Assembly (NCBI RefSeq): GCF_006345805.1
Contig: NC_042998.1
Span: 133,176,001-133,240,000, forward strand
Direction of reading: 5' to 3'
Source of the DNA: Octopus sinensis
Taxonomy: Eukaryota
Length of the DNA: 64,000 nt
Shown here: positions 53,696 to 64,000 of the stretch, piece by piece
Numbering within the stretch: position 1 is the first letter of the stretch
How the letters are laid out: each line of letters starts with the position of its first letter
Notes under the pieces: generated by a model
Told to the model about the DNA's origin: nothing
Databases searched by the model: none
What the model saw: only the letters and a program-made list of their open reading frames with translations
Program-made: the position numbers and the translations under genes

Positions 53696-54627
53696 AATCA
53701 CCTATAGACTAAAACTCACACGCATACACGTATATTGTATATGTATGTGTGTGTGTTTACATATATATTACCTTTCGTATTCTCTTCATCTCATTCACGA
53801 GTGCCGTTCTTATTCTTTTTTTTTTAATTAAATATTTATTATTTTATATTTTCCCATTAATTCCTCCCACATCTTTATAATTAGCATCTCTTCTTTTTCT
53901 TTACTTATCTCCTGTCACCCCAGTTTAGCTTCTCATCTTCCGACTTTTTTTTTTTGTCGTCTTTGTGAACTAAACTCGGCCACTCTTCGCAGAGAAATGA
54001 ACATACTGTAAAACTAATTAAAAAAATGGACAATATATAGTGAGGTATTCTACGATCTTTCATCATACCTCCCGTCAATACCAGAAAAAGTGATGAGATC
54101 ATATACCTAGTGGAAGATACTGAACTATTGATAGATATATAAACCTTATCTATCCTCCCTCCATTCTATTTTTTTCTCCCTGTGCATGATATCAGTATAG
54201 TAAGTCGACAAAGTCTAATGCTGTTCACTGTTATATTTCGGTGTCATACATGAATTATAACAACAGATTGTATCATACAAATATTATATTACATAACGAG
54301 TGAAATTTTCAGTGCTGCATATTGTTGGGATTCGGTAATTATTATGTTGCTTATATATATCTACATTTGTACATTAAAACTTGAAAATGGATATTTGTAT
54401 TTAAGAATAATGATCTAAATCTTCTCCCATTAAGTCTCAGTAATAACTATAAACTTATATGCCCGCATGATGGTTGCAAACATCATGCGTTTCATGTTTT
54501 GTGTAATTTCACAAGTAATTGCTTAATAATGCACTGCATAGAATAGTACACATATGCTACATCACTATCATGATTATCATCATCATTGGGTAACAGTATG
54601 AGCATTATTATGAAACAAACAAATTTG

Positions 54628-54845
54628 TCAGGCGGTGAGCGGGCGGAATCGTTGACACGTCGGGCAAAATACTTAGCGGTATTTCGTCTGCCGCTACGTT
54701 CTCGGTTGAAATTCCGCCGAGGTCAACTTTGCCTTTCATCCTTTCGGAGTCGATAAGTACCAGATATGTACTGGATCAATATAATCAACTTATTCCCCCC
54801 CCCCCGAAATTGCTGGTCTTGTGTCTATAGTAGAAAGGATTATTA
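54628..54845 (+). mobile_element. SINE family B, alternative tail variant
   Basis: ggcggtgagcgggcggaatcgtt..gcctttcatcctttcggagtcgat..ccccgaaattgctggtcttgtg..gaaaggattatt. Confidence 0.85.
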
Positions 54846-55106
54846 TGAAACAAATTTATATTAGGTGCAACTACGGCGGCGAATTAGGAGATATGAGGGA
54901 GCATTGAATGCTTCATTGTATTCGTTCTGAAACTCAGCGCTCTGAATTCAAATCCTGCCGAAGATTCATTATTTTGAGGGCGATAAAAAATTACCAATCT
55001 AGTCTAGTGGCTTGGCGTAACTGTAAGAACAATGAGTTGGATAAGTTACAGTGTTTTTGTCACAGCTCTCTGCTTTCCATTTTATACCTATTCGTGGCCT
55101 ACTTAC

Positions 55107-55177
55107 GTGGTAACCTTAATACGGTATCCGGTCGAACATCCCCGCCTGGCACCTCGGTTGTTTCAGCGAATTTTGTG
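55107..55177 (-). CDS. Candidate isolated 71-bp internal exon, product unknown
   Basis: Acceptor TTCGATTTCTTGCAACAG and donor CAC|GTAAGT. One open frame (TKFAETTEVPGGDVRPDTVLRLP), GC-richer than its surroundings. No recognised domain and no partner exon. Confidence 0.3.
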
Positions 55178-55894
55178 CTGTTGCAAGAAATCGAACTAGG
55201 TTTTCAGTTTGTGAATGCCTCTCTTCTTCCCTATCACAAGTCTTGGAGGTCCTCTGAATGGTCATGAATTACTCTCTTTCCATTTGACTGTAAGATTAAA
55301 AAGTATGAAAAAAAAAAAAGCTCTGGCAAAAATGTGGAAACTGTTGCGTTCATACGAGAGAGAGACAGATTAACTGCTGACTAAGAGATTATCTGAGACC
55401 TTGACTGAAAGATACACAATGATATAAGAGCAGGAAAATAGTTATAGCCCTAGATAAAATAGTAAAGACTCGAGGGCCGAAGAGAATGAAGAAACAATAG
55501 CAATAGTAACAGTAGTAATGTGAACATCATCATCATCATCAATAACAAGAACATCATGACAACAACTCTAACTACAACACCACCATCACCGTCATCGTGA
55601 GCATCGTTGTTATCGTATCTGTCTTCGTCGTCATTAGCAGAAGCAGTTAGTAGTGAGAGTAGTGGTGGTGGTGGTGGTGGTGGTGGTGGTGGTGGTGGCG
55701 GTGGTGGTGGTGGTGGTGGTGGTGGCGGTGGTGGTGATAAAGTAGTTGCAACCCTTGAGTATAGATATTCTGAACGATCAACATGTAAACACACAAAGAT
55801 ACAAACACACACAAACACACATCCACACATACACACACATCAATTTGCCTATACTTGTGAATATGTGTATGGTCATGAGTATGTGGCGTGTAAG

Positions 55895-55934
<40 letters not shown>

Positions 55935-56729
55935 ACACACACACATATATATATATACACACACTCATAATGTATCATATAAACATATACATATATATAT
56001 ATGTGTGTGTGTGATGTATACGTATAGGCTTATACATCATATATATTTGCGTGTTTGCGATTGGCGTTTGTGCGTATGCGTATATGAGTTTGTGCGCTTT
56101 GGGCAGATGTCTCCGTATGTATGCATGTATATATATATACATACATATATGTATGTATATATATATATATATATATATGTATATAGTAGATAGAAAGATA
56201 GATATATAGTGAGAGAGGGGGCAGAGAGAAACAAAGAGATAGAGAAAGAAAGTAACAATGCGAGAGCAATCTGTCAAGAAGGCTCTTTTTAGCCATCTGT
56301 ATATTGTATGGATATTGGGAATACTGCCATCAATGAGACGATAAATTAAATACGATTATTAATAAACCCGGGGGATGGCAGGACATCTGCTGCAATATTT
56401 AGGAATGTTATAGTTTTCTTTCCAGTCGATTCCGAGATCAAATCCCACTGGAATTGGATTTATTATTCGTCACAGTCATATCGATGTAAAAAAAAAGGCT
56501 CATAATCACACTTAATCACGATTAGATCCTTTTGTGACCGAAATATCGAATGAAATATCTTTTGTTCTCTTCCCTCAATTGTGTTGGTTACATTTACGTA
56601 TTGTTTTGTTTTGTTTTTCTTTTCTTTTTTTAAACAATGTTTCAAATAAATTACCGTATTTTATATACATATACATGAACACATTGACTTAGACACCGAT
56701 AAACATAATGACTTAGGCAAATACACAAC

Positions 56730-56794
<65 letters not shown>

Positions 56795-57961
56795 TGTATG
56801 TATGTATGTATATGTATGTATATATGTATATATGTATGTATATATGTATGCGTGCGTATTTACGTATACATGCATATACGTGTGTGAGAGCGTGTTATTT
56901 GTGTAGGTATGTCTACATGTATGCGCGCGGACATACGTAAATAAATCGCTTCATTTCTGTAGTGGGTTAATAATGCAAGACGTTCGTTCGAGAAAATCCA
57001 TAGGGTTATATTTCACCTATGTATGTTCACATACGCAAACATACATATACACATAAACTCACACATACACAGATGCAAGCACATAGAAACATACATACAA
57101 GTGTGTGTGTGTGTGTGTGTATGTGTGTGCTTGTCCGTGTGTGTGTGCGTGTCCGTGTCTTTGCGAGTATGTGTGTGTGTCCGCGTGTGTGTTTTTGAAG
57201 TCATTTGGAACAAATATTGTCACATGTAAAAATAATTCGTTTATTAGCTCTGTTGTGAGAAATGCCATACCTTCGACAAGACAGAGCATGATTAATCCAC
57301 TCTCTGGTGGCTATACTGAAGGAAATTTTTTGATGGACAGGGCTAAATCACCTTCCTCTTTGGTCAAGCTCACATTGACTGTTTCAAACTACAAGTCGTC
57401 CTCCAAGCGCCATACGCAGCGAACCGGTGAACAAACAAAACGCACGCATTTAGTATTTGTGGTCGATAATGTTTACATCACTAGCGCTGCTTTTAATTTG
57501 GTATTGAATGCAATCTTCCGTAAGTATCATCGTGGCATACCAGCAAATAGTTCTTACACTATATTTAGTCATTGACTAGCGATTAGGTTCGTTCCCGGTT
57601 CGATTCAGATACATGATATTGATAAGCCACAAAAATGGCGAAATGTCAGTATCTGTCACTCCCGAATTCAGTCGAAGGCGAATTGTCTGGACTATCTATG
57701 AATTTCAGGTGCTTTAACACGAAGCGTTATGAGGGAGTCGTGCTTCAAGTGCTATACGGAACGAACCAGTAAACAAATAAAACACATGCATTGCGTATAT
57801 GCAGTCTGTTATATGAATATGGGTGTGTATGTGTGTGTGTATGTGTATGTGTGTGTGGGCGTGCGTGTGCGTGTGTGTGCATGGATATATATACATATAT
57901 ATATATACATAAACATTCAGTAACCTACCGTATACACAGTTGGGTAAACACAACACACTTT

Positions 57962-58387
57962 ATGGCGGTGTGGTAAGAAGCTTGCTTTCCAACCACAAGG
58001 TTTCTGGTTCAATCCCGCTGCGTGGTACCTTGGGCAAGGGCCTCTCACTATAACTTCGGGCCAACCAAATCCTTATGAGTGGGTTTGGCAGACAGAAAGT
58101 GAAAGTAGACCGTCGTGTGTGTGTGTATGTATATATATATATATATATTTGTGTGTGTGTATGTGTGTGTGTGTCGGTGTGTGTTTGTTCTCCAACACTG
58201 CTTGATAACCGATGTTGGTGTCTATATGTCCCTGTAACTTAGCGCTTCGGCAAAAGAGCTCGATAGAATATATATACCAGGCTTAAAGTATGTACCGGTG
58301 GGTCGATTCATGCCACTAAAAACTCTTCCAGGTGGTGGTGTTCCAGCATAGCAACAGCCTAATGATTGAAAGAAGTAAAAGATAGAA
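57962..58387 (+). mobile_element. SINE family A, diverged near-full copy
   Basis: ggcggtgtggtaagaagcttgc..ggttcaatccc..ccttgggcaag..(GT/AT)n..cttcggcaaaagag..gttccagcat. Confidence 0.85.
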
Positions 58388-58566
58388 ATGTATATATAAG
58401 TACACACACACATACACACACATACATGCACACACAGACTGACAGACATACAGCTAGTCAGACAGACAGATACATACATACATACATACATACATACATA
58501 CATACATACATACATACATACATACATACATACATACATACATACATACATACATACATACATACA

Positions 58567-58599
<33 letters not shown>

Positions 58600-58696
58600 G
58601 GATACATATAGCTATAGACAGATACGCACACTCACACGTACAAAGAAATTACTTCGTTTGTTGAGTTCGTATATACTTTCCTGCATATTTGTGTAT

Positions 58697-58861
58697 AGGT
58701 GCAGGAATGACTGTGTGGGAAGTAGCTTGCTTACCAACTACATGGTTCCGGATTCAGTCCCGCTGCGCGACACTTTGGGCAGGTGTCTTCTACGATTGCC
58801 TCGGTCCGACCAAAGCCTTGTGAGTGGATTTGGTAGGCGGAAACTGAAAGATGTCCGTCGC
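58697..58861 (+). mobile_element. SINE family A, 5' half ending at the hinge
   Basis: aggtgcaggaatgactgtgtgg..ggattcagtccc..gtgagtggatttggtaggcggaaactgaaaga. Confidence 0.85.
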
Positions 58862-58890
58862 ATATATATGTATATATATATATATTAAGG

Positions 58891-59398
58891 TATGTAGAAA
58901 AATACAACATGGACAAGAACGTATAACTCTTAGAAGACGATACAATAAACACGGACAGGACATTCGAAACCCTCAGTCTTCAGTCAAGAACCGGATCATC
59001 GTAGTAATTTCGGCTGATTAATCTTGAGATTACTAGATCACGGCCAGCCCTCCAAGAAAAACTAAGCAACGAGCATTAGAAAAACTAAGCTGGGAGCGTA
59101 GATTTCCTGGAAGAAGAGGATCGAATGCATACGAACACCGGGACAGCAAAAGGGACGGATATAAAAGGCAAAAACAACATAATGGAATACAGAAACATGA
59201 AATACAGAAGCATTAACGGTGAAAACAACAAGTGTCTTATGACTGATAACAAGCAAACAAATTTTCTCTGGCGCATTTTGGAAAGGAGCCTTATCGGCGA
59301 TGCCTTGGGCGGCGTACGAAACAACGATGTTAACACGTCGCTGGTGGGAAGCTGAGAGGCAGATTTCGGCAGCGGTCACGTGACAGAGAAGAGAGAAA
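58891..59398. mobile_element. Interspersed repeat family D (second partial copy at 61350-61472)
   Basis: gtagaaaaatacaa..cttagaagacgataca..cacggac.ggacattcgaa.ccctca.tcttcagtcaagaaccggatcatcgta..aatttcggc is shared by both loci. Confidence 0.75.
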
Positions 59399-59406
59399 AG
59401 AAAGAA

Positions 59407-59454
<48 letters not shown>

Positions 59455-59456
<2 letters not shown>

Positions 59457-59938
59457 TTCACCAAAAATTTAGATTAAAATGAATATGGTACTTAATTTAG
59501 ACGCACCAGAATTCTGTATGGTGCTATCCATAAAAATCCGTGGTTGATTATAATCAAAATAAGCAACAGGAATGACTCCGGTAATTTGGTACGATCGTTT
59601 CGTACTACATCATTTTATTAAATGTTGTAAGTATTACAACAGTTTTAAAATGCTGAGCACTCATCAGCCAATTATAGAGGTTTTCCATTAATACAAAAAT
59701 TTTCATATCAAGTGGCAACATTATAGAGAAGGTAGATACATAGACAAATATATGGATTTAAATTTTAAGAACATTTGAGGTAGTGGGACCCATCAACTGA
59801 CTGACTAAGATTCAGTTGTTCCAGACTACTTGTAGCTCAGCATTTTAAAACTGTTGTAATACTTACAACATTTAATAAAATGATGTAGTACGAAACGATC
59901 GTACCAAATTTCCGGAGTCATTCTTGTTGCTTATTTTG

Positions 59939-59939
<1 letters not shown>
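59455..59939 (-). mobile_element. Penelope-like fold-back element with 105-bp inverted arms
   Basis: 59554-59658 is the reverse complement of 59835-59939 with 2 mismatches. The left arm continues into a hammerhead core and has a ~100-bp distal extension. Confidence 0.8.
59586..59671 (-). ncRNA. Canonical type I hammerhead ribozyme
   Basis: Minus strand: TTGG-CTGATGA-GTGCT..AGTAC-GAA-ACGATCGT-A-CCAA. All conserved core nucleotides are present, with stems I/II/III and a predicted GUA cut between 59590 and 59589. Confidence 0.85.
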
Positions 59940-60025
<86 letters not shown>

Positions 60026-60049
60026 TATATATATAATGTATTATATGTG

Positions 60050-60568
60050 AAGGCGAATGGCTCAATGGTTAGAGCGTCGAGTTTACGATCATGAGGTTGT
60101 GAGTTCGAATCCCGGACCGGGCTGCGTGTCATGTTGTTCTTGAGTAGTAGAAATGAGTTGCGACGTCATAGGTGCCAAGCTGTATCGCCTGCTGCCTTTC
60201 ACTTGGATTTGTATGTATGTATTAGGTACGTATGTATGCATGTATGTATGTATGTATGTATGTATGTATGTATGTATGTATGTATGTATGTGTGTGTGTA
60301 TATATATATGTGTGTGTGTGTGTATGTATGTATGCGTGTATGTGTGTATGTGTGTGTGTGCGTGTGTGTGTGTTTGTGTGTCTGAGTTTGTCAGCCATCG
60401 CTTGACAAATGATGTTGGTGTGTCTACGTACCTGTAACAGGCGGTTCGGCAAAAGAGACCTATAGAATAAGTAATAGGCTTACAAAGAATAAGTCCTGAG
60501 GTTGATTTGTTCGACTAAATGCGGTGCTCCAGCATGGCCGCAGTCAAATGACAAGCAAATAAAAGAAA
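60050..60568 (+). mobile_element. SINE with a different tRNA-like head but the family A 3' half
   Basis: Head GGCGAATGGCTCAATGGTTAGAGC..GAGTTCGAATCCC, a long (GTAT/GT)n hinge, then tail gcggttcggcaaaagagacc..gcggtgctccagcatggccgcagtcaaatgac. Confidence 0.85.
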
Positions 60569-60577
60569 ATGTGTAAA

Positions 60578-60631
<54 letters not shown>

Positions 60632-61237
60632 ATATATGTATGTATCTGATGCGTATATGCATATGTGTGAATACATGAAAATAAGCATTCATTAACATAT
60701 ATGTGCATGTGAATGCGTATGTGTGCCTCTGTATATATATATATATGTGTGCGTGCGACTAAGTGACTATGTGTGGGATTCTTCCCGCCAAACCTTTATC
60801 CAGTATTGACAGCTCCTCTATGAAGGTATGTACGGTGTCACTGAGTGCAAAATTTTTATTTTTTGATAGTCTATTTATTTATTTATTTATTTATTGTTTC
60901 TTGTTTCTGCAAGTCAACGAAATGGATGTTCTCATGTCCATTGTTTTGTTGGGCGAAATGTACTGTATATTGTCAGACTAGAACAGTCTGACATACATAG
61001 TAGAAGCAGACATACACACACTCATACACAGACACAGACACAGACACAGACACAGACAAACAGACAGACGGACACACACGTACATACATACACATAAATA
61101 TATATCCTTGTATATTCAGAGACAGAAGTAAATAGATAGATAGATATACACTTACATACAAACACCGACAGATGGACGGCATGATCACTAGATAGTATAT
61201 AGCCAAACAGAAAGATATATACATCATACATACATAT

Positions 61238-61289
<52 letters not shown>

Positions 61290-61865
61290 TATATATATAT
61301 AATATATATATATATACATGCATATATAATATAATATATATATATTATATGTAGAAAAATACAAACTGGGACAAGAAAGCAAAACACTTAGAAGACGATA
61401 CAAAAAACACGGACGGGACATTCGAAGCCCTCAATCTTCAGTCAAGAACCGGATCATCGTACCAATTTCGGCATACACACTTATGTTCATATGTTAATAG
61501 GTATTTCTGTACTTGTTATTATATGAGTGTGTATGTATCCATGTACATATGTAACTATCAATATGTGTATATATTGTGGGGGTGTATATATGTGTGTGTG
61601 TGTGGGAGGGTTGTATATGACTGCCACCACCGCTGACAATCAATGTTGGCTTCTTTACGTCCACGTAACATAGTAGTTCAGCTAAAAAACAACAACAACT
61701 CGACATAATAAATACCAGAATCTAAAATATAATTTACTGGCGTTGACTAAGTTCGATTAAACACTTTCGAAAAGGTGGTCCATCATAACAGTAGTCCAAT
61801 GGGTGAGATATGTAAAAGATAACGGATAAAAGAAATATATACATATGTATATATATAATATATAT

Positions 61866-61936
<71 letters not shown>

Positions 61937-62066
61937 TGTGTGTATTATATATATGTATATGTATATATGCATACATACATGTCGATATATATGTGTATAT
62001 CTATATTATTTATTTTCTATTATATATATGTACACACACACACACACGCACACACACACACACACG

Positions 62067-62099
<33 letters not shown>

Positions 62100-62103
62100 C
62101 GTT

Positions 62104-62393
62104 TTTGGATATGGTTTGCAAGATTCTTTATGTGAGTTCGTGCGTTGAAGCATATTCTGTTGTGTCGCGGAGAGTCTTTTTTCTTTTTGTGCCTTACAAT
62201 GTAACACACTCACCGGTAAAATTTCCACTTATTCCTTATTTTTATTTTCTTAAAATTTTCATTACGTTTTGCAACTTTTTCAATAGTCTTGAAAAGGTTG
62301 CAAGATGCAACGAATAAGTGGAAATTTTACCGGTGAATGTGTTAAATTATAAGGCACAAAAAGAAAATGTCTCTCCCCAGACACAACAGAATA
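62104..62393 (-). mobile_element. Fold-back repeat family E, copy 2
   Basis: Arms 62153-62232 and 62312-62393 are near-complementary, with central hairpin TTGCAACTTTTTCAA-tagtc-TTGAAAAGGTTGCAA. A 50-bp left extension is shared with copy 1. Confidence 0.85.
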
Positions 62394-62398
62394 GATAT

Positions 62399-62455
<57 letters not shown>

Positions 62456-62473
62456 CATACATAAATACATATA

Positions 62474-62504
<31 letters not shown>

Positions 62505-62899
62505 TGTGTGTATGTGTGTGTAATGGAGTCGAATGATTCCGCTACGAGTTCATCAATTCGGTGCATCCGCATTATGCAGTATAATTAACTGAAAGAATTA
62601 TAAGATAAAAGATATATATAAATACACACACACACACATGCGCACACACACACACACAATCGTGCAAGCACCAATACCTATCCATATATATGTATACTTG
62701 CATGTGTATGTGTATATATGTGCGTGTGTCTAGGTACGTGAGTGTTTGTGCGTGTGTGTTTGTGGGGTAGGTGTTTGTGTTTTGTAAGAGAGAGAAACAG
62801 AAAGAGAGTGAGGAGGAAAGACAATCAGTGAACAAGTAGGATTAAATAATTAGATAATTCAATAGCTGTGCAGATATCTTGAAAGATATGAGAGAGACA

Positions 62900-63410
62900 T
62901 GTACGTGTAATATTCACGGACATGACAGAAGTAAATATACACACTTTTAATCATTAAAATTTATTTAAATCTAAAATTATATAGTAAAATCATTTATTAA
63001 TTGCTATGATGTGAATATTTCATATTTAGTAGACATACCCTTTTCATTTTTCAATGCAAGGTCTCTATTAGGCATATTACTGATCAAATGACGAATATTC
63101 TCTCGCGGAATTTTTTGCCAAGTTTCATGCCATAATCTTAAAAGATCTGGCTTTGTTCATTTTATGAAGCGTCCTGTCCATTATGTCCCAGAGGTGTTCA
63201 ATATGGTTCATATCTGGTGACTGTCTTGGCCAAGGAAGCTCTTTAATGCTATTATCATCCAACAAATCTTGGGTCATTTTAGCCGTGTGACAAGGAGCTC
63301 CATCTTCCATAATTAAAGAGTTTTCTTTAATCATTTCATCACTGGAGAAGATTGGAAGGAGTCCTTTTTACAATATGGACACATATTTATCTGAGCTTAT
63401 CTCATTTTTC
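62900..63410 (-). mobile_element. Tc1-like transposon 3' fragment
   Basis: IMEDGAPCHTAK..ELPWPRQSPDMNHIEHLWDIM, then frameshifted WQKIPRENIRHLISNMPNR..KGMSTKY. Possible terminal repeat near 62903. Confidence 0.88.
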
Positions 63411-63629
63411 TGGGTTTTTTTTCATTGTTTGAAAAAAGTTCGTTTCTATGTTTTTCTTTTTATGTTTTCGTTTCTCATTGTGTTTAAAGATTTTTTTGAT
63501 GTCCTGTACCCATATATGCATGTATATATACATATATATGTAGGTATGTACATACATGTATGTGTATATGCATATATTTATATAATTATATGATCGAACG
63601 CCCACGCATCCTTTTCCAAGTAAGTTTTA

Positions 63630-63667
<38 letters not shown>

Positions 63668-63677
63668 ATTATTATAT

Positions 63678-63710
<33 letters not shown>

Positions 63711-64000
63711 TGTGTGTGTGTGTGTGTGTTGTGTGTGTGTATATACATATATGTTATATAGTGAGATGGAGAGAGAGAACGAGAGAGAGAGGAGACCGAG
63801 GGAGAGAGAGGGAGAGGGAGAGAGGGAGAAATTGTGGCATATGGCAGGCGTGTACTTAGAAAGGGTTAATGTGAAAAACATTGGCATATTATCACTACAT
63901 ATATGTGTATGCGTGTGTACATGTGTGTTTGTACATATGTGCATATGTGCGTGTGTTTGTATGTGCGTGTGAGTTTATGATACATAAAAAGATTACAAAA

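Noticed and set aside
58960-59060. Hammerhead-like CTGAAGA and GCCGAAAT motifs in family D (also 61420-61472)
   Set aside because: GAAT replaces GAAA, stem I is absent and no consistent cleavage triplet exists.
60050-60122. Possible tRNA gene
   Set aside because: The D-arm pairs (GCTC/GAGC), but the anticodon and T stems do not, and it continues into SINE body and tail.
62155-62391. Simple TA-flanked MITE interpretation
   Set aside because: Both copies share ~50 bp beyond the apparent left TIR and contain a hammerhead-like motif, which better fits an inverted pseudo-LTR pair. Not fully excluded.

Overview
AT-rich, microsatellite-saturated eukaryotic non-coding DNA. The SINE families look like octopus (coleoid cephalopod) repeats; this is recognition from memory, not a database result. 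No intact protein-coding gene was found, and almost all ORFs in the supplied track are translations of simple repeats. One weak 71-bp candidate exon (minus strand) hints that the window may be intronic. Decayed coding transposon sequence: a 5'-truncated RTE-clade LINE with a 14-bp TSD, three L1/Tx1-like 3' fragments (one with a perfect 402-bp tandem duplication), five R4/Dong-like pieces (four between 39 and 45 kb, three of them in or beside (TAA)n arrays, two lacking the RT), a full-length DD34D mariner with TIRs and TA TSD, and Tc1, pogo/Tigger and Helitron fragments. There are also a MITE and many tRNA-derived SINEs. The main hidden signal is RNA-structural. A fully canonical type I hammerhead ribozyme lies at 59586-59671 (minus strand) inside a Penelope-like fold-back element. 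About a dozen further hammerhead-shaped motifs occur, including a family with an apparent compensatory U3-A8 core and a family with a fixed A6U core. Three sequence-unrelated hammerhead-bearing families share the same divergent inverted-arm architecture, suggesting a set of miniature non-autonomous Penelope-dependent (retrozyme-like) elements.
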